Of a DNA stretch of 64,000 nt, positions 1-9,213 are shown one piece after another; within the stretch, counting starts at the first letter, position 1, and each line of letters starts with the position of its first letter. The translations under genes were made by a program, and so were the position numbers. The notes under the pieces are model-generated. The model saw nothing but the letters and a program-made list of their open reading frames with translations, was not told the DNA's origin and ran no database searches. The DNA is from a virus (taxonomy: Duplodnaviria; Heunggongvirae; Uroviricota; Caudoviricetes): IMG/VR virus record IMGVR_UViG_3300013307_000015, one strand, 5' to 3'.

Positions 1-255
1 ATGTACAAGCAAGGCATCAGTGGTGTGAAGATCGCGCAGTTCCTCAAGCTGTCGGCATCGACGATCTACAACGACCTGAAGTACATCCGCGAAGTCTCGC
101 CGTTCAAGATCGAGAACCGCACGATGCTCGCTTCCTACAAGAACGCGCGCATCATCCCGGAAGGCGAGCTGAAGATCGCTGCGCTGAACTTCCAGGCGCA
201 GATGCTCGACATGAAGTCGGTCTTCGCTGAAGCACGCAGCGCAACGATCCAGTAA
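1..255 (+). CDS. Helix-turn-helix protein (possibly 5'-truncated by window edge)
   Basis: GISGVKIAQFLKLSASTIYNDLK is a typical HTH pattern; followed by a hairpin at 270-287. Confidence 0.6.
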   Translation: MYKQGISGVKIAQFLKLSASTIYNDLKYIREVSPFKIENRTMLASYKNARIIPEGELKIAALNFQAQMLDMKSVFAEARSATIQ

Positions 256-269
256 GGCAGTATTCGCAC

Positions 270-298
270 GGGGAGCTACGGCTCCCCTGTTCTTACTT
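270..298 (+). terminator. Intrinsic terminator-like hairpin
   Basis: GGGGAGC-TACG-GCTCCCC followed by T-rich TGTTCTTACTT. Confidence 0.6.
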
Positions 299-331
299 AG
301 GGCGACACGCGCCCTTTCTTCGGATAAAGAC

Positions 332-1417
332 ATGGTCACGGTTACGGTATATCCACCACAGGAGCAACCCAAGCAACTCACGGCAAATCACCGCCCTGAC
401 AATTTGGAAGAACACATGTTGGCGTTTCTTAATGCCAACAACAACCACGGTTTCCCTCTACTCACAACCGAGGAGTCGGACAATCTGGGTAATTTGCTTT
501 ACGACTACGCAACACAAAACCGAACGATCAAGAAAACGGATGCTGCGCAAATGGCAGTGGAGATTCGTAAGCGTTCGGGTAAGAAGATCAAGTTCATGAA
601 AGCCTACGAGGTATTGGCTCGTTGTCTTGGCTATTATTCGTGGCGCAATGTGTTAGGCGCTGCCAAGGAAAATGGTGAACTGGTCAATCTGAATTACGGC
701 AAGATGACGCTTGCGGACATCTTCCAATTCGATGCAGATCAAGAAGAACAACTGTTGGTAGTCAAAGGTGTGAATCATCCGGAGTTTCTCACCTACCAGC
801 GACTTGCAGGTCACAACTGCAAGAACATGCCGGACATGGTCAATCTCTTTGCGCGACAATGTCGTACCGAAGCACTGGCGATGAACTACGAGATTGCCAG
901 AGAAATTGGACTTAAGCGATGGTTCGGCGTGGAGAACATGGAAGAACTCATCAGCTGGATAGCAAGACGGCGTTTTCCTCCGGCCTTTAACCTCGACACG
1001 TTTGAAGTGAAGGAAGCAAAGCTGCGAGATTATTTGCGCAGTCCAATCTTCAGGACGCGTGCAAGGCGTGACGACATCATGCATGTGTTGAATGAATGGT
1101 GTCAAAGCGATTCAATTTCCGAGTACATCAAGCAGATGCTAGATCACTTGTGTTGTGGTCGCGATGATCTGCCGTACTTTGCTTTCTTCACGCGACAATA
1201 CGGCGTCTGCGGGATAGAGTGGAATAGTTCCGGGCAAGATCAGGGAGAAGCGCACAGTGAGCGCGGTGGAATTGTTCTCTTCACGGAAAATAACAAGATC
1301 ACACAAGCGTATCCGATGAAAGAGTTAGATCCGAGAACACGCGGTGGTTGGATCCATTCAGACCAGCGCTATTATCAACAAGTCAACAAAGAGTTGCAGA
1401 AAGCCCGTAAGCGGTAA
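332..1417 (+). CDS. Hypothetical protein with small helical (HTH-like) repeats
   Basis: 361-aa ORF; KAYEVLARCLGYYSW and a degenerate second copy AREIGLKRWFGVENM. Confidence 0.6.
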   Translation: MVTVTVYPPQEQPKQLTANHRPDNLEEHMLAFLNANNNHGFPLLTTEESDNLGNLLYDYATQNRTIKKTDAAQMAVEIRKRSGKKIKFMKAYEVLARCLGYYSWRNVLGAAKENGELVNLNYGKMTLADIFQFDADQEEQLLVVKGVNHPEFLTYQRLAGHNCKNMPDMVNLFARQCRTEALAMNYEIAREIGLKRWFGVENMEELISWIARRRFPPAFNLDTFEVKEAKLRDYLRSPIFRTRARRDDIMHVLNEWCQSDSISEYIKQMLDHLCCGRDDLPYFAFFTRQYGVCGIEWNSSGQDQGEAHSERGGIVLFTENNKITQAYPMKELDPRTRGGWIHSDQRYYQQVNKELQKARKR

Positions 1418-1476
1418 TTCTCATGGGGAGCGTTTGCTCCCCGCTTATGCCATTAATTACATTCGAAGGAAAAATC

Positions 1477-1908
1477 ATGAAAAACAAAGCTACGCATTCG
1501 TTCGTTATCGAGCAGTACGTCGAATTGAAGCGTGAAGAAGATTTGTTCATCACAGGCTTCTACTATCCGGTCAGCGTCGTTCACGATGAAGCCTCGGCAA
1601 AAGCCATCGTCTATAAAGCCGGTTATGTCGATTCGAAGATCGGTCAGGACGGCTGGATGCCGCTTCTGCGTTGCAGCGAAGTGCCGATCATGCCGAAAGA
1701 AGAGCCGGTACCTAAACTGGAAGATTTGGGTTTCACCAAACGCATCCTCCGCATCTTGGCGGCCGATGGCATCTTCGACTTCAGCCAGTTGCTGATTCAT
1801 TCGGCCGACGACCTCATCAAAGGCCCGCACTTAGGTGCGAAGTCTTTGGCAGAAATTCGCACCAAACTGGCGGAGAAAGGATATCGTCTTCGCGGCGACA
1901 AAAAATAA
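1477..1908 (+). CDS. Protein with C-terminal RNA polymerase alpha-CTD-like domain
   Basis: LEDLGFTKRILRILAADGIFDFSQLL...DLIKGPHLGAKSLAEIRTKLAEKG aligns by eye with RpoA CTD; SD AAGGA before ATG 1477. Confidence 0.8.
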   Translation: MKNKATHSFVIEQYVELKREEDLFITGFYYPVSVVHDEASAKAIVYKAGYVDSKIGQDGWMPLLRCSEVPIMPKEEPVPKLEDLGFTKRILRILAADGIFDFSQLLIHSADDLIKGPHLGAKSLAEIRTKLAEKGYRLRGDKK

Positions 1909-1982
1909 GAACTCCCTCTTCTTCGTATGAGGGTAGTCAACCTTTTATGAAATTCGAATAAATTAGGACCAAGGGGTATCAC

Positions 1983-2294
1983 ATGAGCGCCGTTGCTGTG
2001 AAGTGGAGTAATGTCGAATTGCATGGCTTCTGGTTCGTCACCAACTTCTTGCGGGAAGAAGGACTCGACGACTTCGGAGTAAAGGCGGTCATGGATGACC
2101 TCAACATGCAATACGAAAAATACCGGAAAACGCAAACCGGTAGAAACGACTTCGGACCGGACTTCAAGTTCGACACCGAATATAAGCCGTACATCGGCAG
2201 GATTCAGATGATCGATCCGGTCACCAAGCACTGCTTTGGTGAGACGCATGTCTGTTTCGAAGACAACGGTGGAGTCTCCATTCTGCCGTTCTGA
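1983..2294 (+). CDS. Hypothetical protein
   Basis: 103-aa ORF, SD-like AAGGGG upstream, terminator downstream. Confidence 0.6.
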   Translation: MSAVAVKWSNVELHGFWFVTNFLREEGLDDFGVKAVMDDLNMQYEKYRKTQTGRNDFGPDFKFDTEYKPYIGRIQMIDPVTKHCFGETHVCFEDNGGVSILPF

Positions 2295-2360
2295 CCAACA
2301 CGGGGCCCGGTGTGAAAATCACCGGGCTTTATGCCCTTAAGTAATCTTGGAGCAAAAGAA

Positions 2361-3236
2361 ATGCAGCCCAACAGAAAAGCAGTCTTGTTGTCGGATGAAG
2401 AAGCCTGTGCACGCTATGGCAAAATCATCGAGATGGTCCGTTGCGGGTCTCGGTTGCTCGCCGCTGACGTAAAGAAATATCTGGATGAGATCTGCTGGGA
2501 ACCCGAAGTTATTCGGGAGGCTCTTAACAAGGCGGCCGACTCAGCTCAATTTCCTTTCGGACGAGCAATGTTCATGGCCACGTTCACGGCAGGGTCAACA
2601 CTGGCGCTGATCGCTACCACTCACGTTGATCGACAACCTTCGCTGCTCTCGCTGACCTTTATGCTTAAATTGGAAGAGCGCGAGAATGTGTTCAAGGTAA
2701 GCAAGCTTCTATCGTACAATCCGACCAGGCCGTTCGCACCTCAATGGCAAGATCAGAGCAGGGGGCAGTTCTCCCATCCTCGTCTGGGTGTGATGGAAGC
2801 CGGCTACAACCCCGGACAACCTTACGGTCCCGGACCTAACGGCTATCCGGGCTTCCGGACTTCGGTATTCAATCCGGGTGTCGGTTTTGTCAAGCAAAGC
2901 CAGATCGATCTGTTGGTGACTTCTTTCGAAGAAATCAAGCCGTACTTCGAGATCCTCGAAAAGCGTCACTTCGACACGCAACACGAGATGGCGATTTTCG
3001 AAACCATCATGCAGCGCTCGTGTGGTCCGGATCTGCGAGCTTACTGGCGCTTCAACATGACCGGCCGCTGGGATGAAGGGCAAGACGCCGGTGCTCGACT
3101 TCTGCTCGAAACTTACGAAGTGGGACACGAGGGCGAGGAAACCAAGATCTCCTCGTATCAGACGGCATTCGGTACTTACCTCGACGGCATTCCGCCCGGA
3201 CACTCGACGATGCAACCTCCGTACTCGTCGATCTAA
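2361..3236 (+). CDS. Hypothetical protein with Gly/Pro-rich central linker
   Basis: SD GGAG before ATG 2361; phage-like codon usage. Confidence 0.65.
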   Translation: MQPNRKAVLLSDEEACARYGKIIEMVRCGSRLLAADVKKYLDEICWEPEVIREALNKAADSAQFPFGRAMFMATFTAGSTLALIATTHVDRQPSLLSLTFMLKLEERENVFKVSKLLSYNPTRPFAPQWQDQSRGQFSHPRLGVMEAGYNPGQPYGPGPNGYPGFRTSVFNPGVGFVKQSQIDLLVTSFEEIKPYFEILEKRHFDTQHEMAIFETIMQRSCGPDLRAYWRFNMTGRWDEGQDAGARLLLETYEVGHEGEETKISSYQTAFGTYLDGIPPGHSTMQPPYSSI

Positions 3237-3252
3237 GTCGCACTGTAGAAAG

Positions 3253-3272
3253 TTTCAGTCACATATAACCTT
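3253..3272 (+). promoter_or_regulatory. Putative phage RNAP promoter motif (early/middle type)
   Basis: TTTCAGTCACATATAACCTT; related motifs at 15576 and 53842. Confidence 0.5.
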
Positions 3273-3331
3273 GTCGATATTGGAAACAGTATCGATCCCA
3301 TTTACATTCGAAGCAATTAGGAGAGTCAATC

Positions 3332-4480
3332 ATGCAACAGCAAGAAAACCAGCAAGAAACCATCGGTCAAGCCGCCATCAAGATGGTAGCAGTCGAGCGC
3401 TTCCAACAGCGCCAGAAAGTCTTGGAGTGGATGCTCCAGGAAGGCAAGCTGCCCGAGACGCGCGGCTACCTCTTGTTCCAACCGGGTCTCATGATCCAGC
3501 GAGGAGCCACGCTCCATCAACTGCAAGCTTCGCTCGATCAGGCTATCCCGGAAGTCAATCGCGAGATCCGGGAAGCGGTCCAGAAGACGATCGCGGAATT
3601 CGCTGCAAACAACGCACTCGATCAGGTATCGATCGAGGGCAAGGTGCTCGGCTATACGGATCACCCGGATGGCGACTTCCGGGCCGAGATCCAGATCTGG
3701 ACGGACTATGAAAGCATCCCCAGTCTCGTCCTGACGTTCGCGCTGCGTCTGAGTTCGGAGCGTGGTCGATCGTTCTGGCATTACACCGGGTTCAAGCCGT
3801 ACCGGGAAGAATGGCCGAACATGATGCTGGAAGTCCCGCAAGCTGCACCGGCGGAAGAATTCCCGCGTGTCGATCCGGAAAAGATCAGTGCTCCGCCGTT
3901 GGGGGCGATCTTCATGTCGCGCGATCAGCGTCTGGGGATCGAGCCCGAAAGCAAGATCACTGCGCCGACCGAGTTCATCATGGGCGAACCCGAAGTCGCA
4001 GTCAAGCTGATGTCGTCGTCGCAGGTTCCGGTGGAAGAAGACGGCATGGTGTCGCTCTTCGGGCCTAGTCCGCAGCGCATGGCTGAAATCGCAGCGGGCA
4101 ATCGGGAAGAAGAACTCTCGATGGGCGAGAAGATCAAGCGGTTGATCGCTCGCGGGCATCGCATGTCGGATGCCGATCTGGCCATCGGTGGCAAGATGAA
4201 GGTCGATGTGAAGACGCGTGCTGACGCGAAGCACTTCCTCGATGAAGTGTTCCGCAACGGCAACCTCTGGCTGTACAACCAACTGAACGCGGCGCTCGAA
4301 GCCAACGAGCGCAATCTGGACTTCGTGTTCGAGTTGTCGATCAACGGCAACTGGCAGGAGTATCGTGGTCCGATCGAAGCCGATGTCAAGCTGAAGGCTT
4401 ACTGGTCGAAAGATCCGGTGCGTGTGCACAAGGTCTTCTCGATCAATGGCCCGGTGGAAATCGGCGTGATTGTTCAATAA
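3332..4480 (+). CDS. Hypothetical protein
   Basis: 382-aa ORF with SD AGGAG, terminator after. Confidence 0.7.
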   Translation: MQQQENQQETIGQAAIKMVAVERFQQRQKVLEWMLQEGKLPETRGYLLFQPGLMIQRGATLHQLQASLDQAIPEVNREIREAVQKTIAEFAANNALDQVSIEGKVLGYTDHPDGDFRAEIQIWTDYESIPSLVLTFALRLSSERGRSFWHYTGFKPYREEWPNMMLEVPQAAPAEEFPRVDPEKISAPPLGAIFMSRDQRLGIEPESKITAPTEFIMGEPEVAVKLMSSSQVPVEEDGMVSLFGPSPQRMAEIAAGNREEELSMGEKIKRLIARGHRMSDADLAIGGKMKVDVKTRADAKHFLDEVFRNGNLWLYNQLNAALEANERNLDFVFELSINGNWQEYRGPIEADVKLKAYWSKDPVRVHKVFSINGPVEIGVIVQ

Positions 4481-4491
4481 GTAGTAACACG

Positions 4492-4520
4492 GGGCTGGGG
4501 TAATCCCAGCCCTCTTTTTT
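4492..4520 (+). terminator. Rho-independent terminator
   Basis: GGGCTGGG-GTAA-TCCCAGCCC followed by TCTTTTTT. Confidence 0.75.
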
Positions 4521-4536
4521 CCTTAAGGAGACCATC

Positions 4537-4872
4537 ATGAAAAAGACTCTGCTTTTCCTCGCAACTATCCTGTCGGTATCCACCGCACAAGCGGGCATCA
4601 CCTGCGTCTACACCAAGACCAAGGTTCTGTCCAACGGCTACCTCGCAGTCGAGCATCCGATCACGGTGTATCGTGAACCGAACACCACGTCAGAATCGAA
4701 GACCATCACGGAGCCATCGGCGTACTACGTCACTGGCAAGAAGGACGGCTTTCTCAAACTGGCAGATGCTCGCTACTACGAGAAAGATCCGAACTACGCT
4801 TTCTCTGGCTGGGGGAAAGTGAAGGACTTTGACTCAGTTGCGTTTCGCAACTGCACGGTGGTTGGCCAATGA
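4537..4872 (+). CDS. Secreted/periplasmic small beta protein (SH3b-like?)
   Basis: Sec signal peptide MKKTLLFLATILSVSTAQA; two Cys near the ends of the mature chain; strong SD TAAGGAG. Confidence 0.7.
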   Translation: MKKTLLFLATILSVSTAQAGITCVYTKTKVLSNGYLAVEHPITVYREPNTTSESKTITEPSAYYVTGKKDGFLKLADARYYEKDPNYAFSGWGKVKDFDSVAFRNCTVVGQ

Positions 4873-4878
4873 GGCGCG

Positions 4879-4930
4879 GGCATAAACGGGGGGCAGTCGC
4901 CCCCCGAAATATGCTGTCCTTCTTTTTTTG
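4879..4930. terminator. Bidirectional hairpin terminator with GGCATA/TATGC flanks
   Basis: GGCATAAA-CGGGGGGC-AGTC-GCCCCCCG-AAATATGCT between convergent genes. Confidence 0.75.
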
Positions 4931-4933
4931 TCT

Positions 4934-6343
4934 TCACGCAGCTTTGGCACGTGTGCGGAACTTCTCCAGCGACTGAACGATACCGTCCATTTGCTTGATG
5001 TCGTTTTGCTGGGCAATCTGCTGACGGCTCAGACCCTTATCTGCCAGCTTAAGCGACATGTTCCACCGCACTGTCGACACCGCATGCGAGAGATACTTCG
5101 CACTCGCATCGAGCGACTTCCAATAACGTTGGAAAGTCAAATCGACCTTCAACACCACTGCCAGAAGACCATGCAGCTCCTTGAGCAGCTCTCGCCCGTG
5201 CTTGGCGATCTCGCCTTTGAAGCTGGTGTCTGCGCCGCTCTTTTCCTTCTTACTTTCCTCGGCAAACATCTTCTGGGCTTTTTGCGCTTCTTCTCGCATG
5301 TACTCCAGCTCTTTGGCCATCTCCGCCCGGTCACGAGCGTAAGCCATGATTTCCGGAGACGAAACGGCTTGCGAGAACGTACGCAGTGCTTCGTTGATGC
5401 CTTCCGGGAACTTCACATTGCCCGAATCCAACTGGTGCTGCTTGGCAGCGAGCTTGTTCAGTTCCTGCACGAGTACACCATGCACACGACGCGGATTGGC
5501 CATCAGCTGCATGTAGTGCTGCTTCAATGCCGGGATGTGTTCGTCCGGGTTGGACTCCTTACCGACATCGCGTTCAGCAGCTTTGACGAGTTCCCGATAC
5601 GCATGGCGTGCGTCTTCAAGAATCGTCATCGGACGAGACTGATCCACCACTTTGAGCATCCCCATCATCGCCTGGGTGTATTCACCCGTCGACAAATGGT
5701 CCATCTGGAGCGCGTTGAGCGGCGGAATGTAGCCGACGTGGTCTGCCACATGCGGCTTTGCACCGTAATCTTCCTGAGCTGGTACAGGCTTCTTGCCTGC
5801 GTTACGCTCTGCCTTCTTGCGCTTCGTGTAGTGCTCCAGCCCCTGGAGAGCAGCTTTCAACTCAGCCGTCGCTTCCGGACCAGTCTGTGCGCCACACTGC
5901 TTGGCGTGCTCTAGCATCTCCTGCTTGATCTTGACTTCATCGATCATAGTGACCGAAGGCGTCTTGTCATCGTGCCGGTAGAAGAAGTGATGAATCGCGT
6001 ACGTGATGATAGCCACCACCGCGCCAGCCATGGCAGCCAACATCGCGGCCAAACCCAGATTGATGGCTTCCATCGCCATTTCGTACTTCTCTTCATCGCT
6101 CTTCTCACAGAAGCACAGATTGCCCATGGTGGTATCCCCCATGGTCGAATCGCACTCCAGTGCCAAGTCCAACGAGAGAACCTTCTGGCTCTCCAGTGCA
6201 GACTTGTAGGTGAGGAGTTTGCCGTACTTATCTTCGGCATCCTCCATTTTGTTGAACTTCACACGGACTTGAGCGAACTGATCCATGTCGCTTGTCATCA
6301 ACGAGTAAAGATCGTCGAATGGTGAAATTTCGATTCCGCTCAT
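4934..6343 (-). CDS. Probable internal head/ejection protein with protease-cleaved propeptide
   Basis: Start MSGIEISPF right after the helicase stop; SALE, LALE and AME motifs (S/A/G-X-E, phiKZ-type head protease sites) followed by a hydrophobic helix. Confidence 0.6.
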   Translation of the reverse strand: MSGIEISPFDDLYSLMTSDMDQFAQVRVKFNKMEDAEDKYGKLLTYKSALESQKVLSLDLALECDSTMGDTTMGNLCFCEKSDEEKYEMAMEAINLGLAAMLAAMAGAVVAIITYAIHHFFYRHDDKTPSVTMIDEVKIKQEMLEHAKQCGAQTGPEATAELKAALQGLEHYTKRKKAERNAGKKPVPAQEDYGAKPHVADHVGYIPPLNALQMDHLSTGEYTQAMMGMLKVVDQSRPMTILEDARHAYRELVKAAERDVGKESNPDEHIPALKQHYMQLMANPRRVHGVLVQELNKLAAKQHQLDSGNVKFPEGINEALRTFSQAVSSPEIMAYARDRAEMAKELEYMREEAQKAQKMFAEESKKEKSGADTSFKGEIAKHGRELLKELHGLLAVVLKVDLTFQRYWKSLDASAKYLSHAVSTVRWNMSLKLADKGLSRQQIAQQNDIKQMDGIVQSLEKFRTRAKAA

Positions 6344-6344
6344 T

Positions 6345-8561
6345 TTACCAATTTGCCCAAGAAGGTTTAACAGGCTCGTCGTATTCCAACTTGCCGCTCC
6401 AATCTGCTTCCATTCCTTCCATCTCTGCGAAGTTCTCAAGCGCCGCACACTGCTCTTCGAACACCCACTCCGGCAAGAACTCCGGACCCGGATACAACGG
6501 ACTCTGAGTCAACGGATAGTTCTCAATCGCAGCATTGGGTACAGGACCGCCACCCAAGATCTCATTGACTTGCTGCTTACTCCACGCCATGATGTCGTGT
6601 GAGCGTGTCGAGATGTTGGGCTTGTCTCCCGTATCCAACTTCACGTTCCAGATGTGCACGGGACTGTCCTGACCATTACGATCAGTACGTGCGACGGCTT
6701 GTTCGTACTCGTAAGAGCGAAATGGCACGTTCATCATGATCGTGTTGTTCGCCATCACAAGCGGCACTGCTGTCGAGAGCGAAGCGAAGGTCGCACACAG
6801 CGGGTTGACGTCCGGATTCTTCTCAAACGTCCCTACGTGAGCCGCAAGGTCGTTATTGGTTGCTCCGTACACCAGAATCGGCCGGTAACCCAGCTTCTTC
6901 AACTCCGCATTGGCTGCATCCACCACCGGTACGTAGGACGTGAAGATGATGGTCTTCTTCTCGGCCTGATCGATGATTTCAGCAATCGTGATCGGCACGT
7001 ACTCATCCTTACCGCCCTTGCTTTCCTTGACTTCGAACCACTTGCCACGCAGCATGTCCTCGTGACACTTCACGCGTGCCTGGCCCAGTACCTTGCCCAA
7101 AGCCTCACCCTGCACCTTGAGCATGTAGTACTTGATGATGGAACGGATGTCCTTGAACTTGTCCCGCATCTCCTTCGGAAGAACAGGCATGATGACCTTC
7201 TTCTCGTAGTGATTACAGAACGCACTCATGTCACGCATTTCCTTCGGGTCAAAGCCTTCCCGGATCTTCGCGATGTACGACTTGTACAGCTCGTACTCCT
7301 TCCACTTGTCTTCCTTGTGACCTACGACAGTCGCCACCAGCTGAGCCGTCACGCCTTTCTTGGGCAGAGCCACTCGCTCGAAATACGCCAAGATGTCCTT
7401 GTACTGTTTCTCGTACGACGACATGTTGCGCTGGTAGTACGCCACTCGTTCCTTGACGAACTTCACCATCTGTTCCTTGATGGCTTCGAGCGTATAGTCA
7501 TCGCCGTTATCCATCTTGACGGCGACTTTGTGCGTGTGCACTTCGTTACTCACCACACTACGCTTGGAGACGTGGAAGTGCACATTGCCCATGCGGTGAT
7601 GCAGGATGTCGTTAGCCGCACTGGAAGACTTGCCGTAGATGGCCTGAAAACGCCGCTGAGCGTCTTCGTCGAAGAAGGGGTCTATCGTACTGAACAGGGG
7701 CGTAGCTTCCCGTCCTACGGCCTTAATTGGCGTCCCAGAGGACCAGATCACGTGATTGCTGCGCGTGTAGCGGCAGATCTCGCGGAAAGTCTCGGAACGC
7801 AGCGAGTCGTACTCGTTCAAACCGTGCGATTCGTCCAGTGCAATCATCACGTTACCGCTCACGCCAATCTTTCTCAGATGGCTAAGCAGCTCGGGCAGCG
7901 CGTCGAAGTGACAGATCAGGTACTTGTCCTGACGTGTCGGTGCACGATCCATGAGCGAATGCCAGTAATGCGGTACCCGCTTGAACCGCTCTTCGAAGGT
8001 GGCTGCCCAAACACGCTCGACTGCGTTCTTCGGACACACACAAATGAGAATGTTCACCCCCAAGCACAGCGACAAGCCGATACACATCAGCGTCTTGCCC
8101 GTACCCGGATCGGCTCCAAGCAAATACCCTTTCAGCTGGTACTTCGGCACCACCTCGTTGTAGATGCCAAAGAACTCCATCTGATGGTCCATCATCGTGA
8201 CGTTGAGTTCATTCAGATGGGTGTAATTCAGGATGTTCGGATGCTCTTGACGCGTGGACTTAAGCCACGTGTTTTCAAACATCAGATCGTAAGCACGACG
8301 CAAGGCGCGGATGTTGTGGCCTTTCTTGTGCTCAGCGATAATGCGACTGAAGATGTACGCCACATCCACAGCAAAAAACTTGTTGAACGACACCTCGCTA
8401 TTGGAAATGTGCGTGAACACATTGTCCGCGATCTTGCGTGTATTCCAGATGTCGTAGATGGACTTTTGGACGGTGTCACCCGGCAGTCCGGAGATGGTAA
8501 TCAGGTCCCCTGATTCTCGTACAGAGATGAGTCCGATCAACCTTCGCAGGCTCGCAAACAT
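6345..8561 (-). CDS. SF2 (SNF2/DEAD-like) helicase
   Basis: Motif I ADPGTGKT, Ia VCPKN, II LDESH, III SGTP, VI QAVARTDRNGQ. Confidence 0.9.
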   Translation of the reverse strand: MFASLRRLIGLISVRESGDLITISGLPGDTVQKSIYDIWNTRKIADNVFTHISNSEVSFNKFFAVDVAYIFSRIIAEHKKGHNIRALRRAYDLMFENTWLKSTRQEHPNILNYTHLNELNVTMMDHQMEFFGIYNEVVPKYQLKGYLLGADPGTGKTLMCIGLSLCLGVNILICVCPKNAVERVWAATFEERFKRVPHYWHSLMDRAPTRQDKYLICHFDALPELLSHLRKIGVSGNVMIALDESHGLNEYDSLRSETFREICRYTRSNHVIWSSGTPIKAVGREATPLFSTIDPFFDEDAQRRFQAIYGKSSSAANDILHHRMGNVHFHVSKRSVVSNEVHTHKVAVKMDNGDDYTLEAIKEQMVKFVKERVAYYQRNMSSYEKQYKDILAYFERVALPKKGVTAQLVATVVGHKEDKWKEYELYKSYIAKIREGFDPKEMRDMSAFCNHYEKKVIMPVLPKEMRDKFKDIRSIIKYYMLKVQGEALGKVLGQARVKCHEDMLRGKWFEVKESKGGKDEYVPITIAEIIDQAEKKTIIFTSYVPVVDAANAELKKLGYRPILVYGATNNDLAAHVGTFEKNPDVNPLCATFASLSTAVPLVMANNTIMMNVPFRSYEYEQAVARTDRNGQDSPVHIWNVKLDTGDKPNISTRSHDIMAWSKQQVNEILGGGPVPNAAIENYPLTQSPLYPGPEFLPEWVFEEQCAALENFAEMEGMEADWSGKLEYDEPVKPSWANW

Positions 8562-8604
8562 AGAGACCTCGTTAGTTGGTGTTAAGTAAGCACAAGATTT
8601 CGGA

Positions 8605-8641
8605 ATAAAAAGGCTAGAGGCAGGTTTCCCCGCCTCTAGCC
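8605..8641 (-). terminator. Rho-independent terminator ending the Tad1-like operon
   Basis: GGCTAGAGGC...GCCTCTAGCC hairpin followed by TTTTTAT on the minus strand. Confidence 0.75.
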
Positions 8642-8670
8642 GGTGCTTGCGGAACCATTACAAGGCTGTC

Positions 8671-9075
8671 TCAGTGAGGTTGCTGCACGAGTGCCGAGAG
8701 TTCTTTCAGCTTGGTGCGCTGGACCTGCTCGACGGAAAAGATCGCTTCGTCGGTGAGTGCCAGCTGAGCTTTGGCCAGTGCTGTCAGAGCCCGCGCCATG
8801 TGAGCACTGGCATTCGTACCAAAGCGAACTTTCACACGATGCCGAAGCATTTCCAGAAGTGTGACTTCCGTAACACCGTGCTGGCCGAATCCCGCTGCTT
8901 GCGGATCAAATTGAAATCGCGTGATGCTGCGCTCGCCCCTCCCCTCGACGAGTTGATGTTCGATCACGTATTCCTGTCCGGCGGGCACGCTCTCGCCTCG
9001 GACTTCGTAAAGCGCTGCTCTGTCGTCCTCGTAAATCGGGACGTCTTCTTTGGTCTGCTCGACTTGCGTGCTCAT
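8671..9075 (-). CDS. Tad1/Acb2-like paralogue 5
   Basis: FQF...GQHGVTEVTLLEMLRHRV...ARALTALAKAQLAL resembles Tad1 FQ..QHGV..DLLEIVRDRL..ALTH..EA. Confidence 0.65.
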   Translation of the reverse strand: MSTQVEQTKEDVPIYEDDRAALYEVRGESVPAGQEYVIEHQLVEGRGERSITRFQFDPQAAGFGQHGVTEVTLLEMLRHRVKVRFGTNASAHMARALTALAKAQLALTDEAIFSVEQVQRTKLKELSALVQQPH

Positions 9076-9096
9076 GCTTAAAACCCCGTAGTTAAA

Positions 9097-9208
9097 TGGT
9101 AGGCGAAGATGGATTTTCACCACCGGCTCTTTTCCGGCTGCTGCTATGCCCAAACCCGAGAGGCGTGCTCACCGGCCCAGTACCGCGCACACTGGTTCGC
9201 TATCGCCC
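9097..9208 (-). ncRNA. tRNA-like RNA (acceptor stem, T-arm, ACCA end, enlarged body)
   Basis: Minus strand GGGCGAT...GGTGG-TGAAAAT-CCATC-TTCGCCT-A-CCA; internal hairpin CCAGTG...TACTGG and CCGG...CCGG arm. Confidence 0.65.
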
Positions 9209-9213
9209 CTTGA

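Noticed and set aside
9155-9160. CTCGGG in the tRNA-like loop also occurs in the capsid 3' RNA loop (15365), suggesting trans-pairing with CCCGAG
   Set aside because: A 6-mer match is expected by chance in GC-rich DNA
9097-9208. Canonical tRNA or tmRNA gene
   Set aside because: No TTC T-loop, no 7-nt anticodon loop, no G3-U70 pair and no tag ORF; reported as tRNA-like instead
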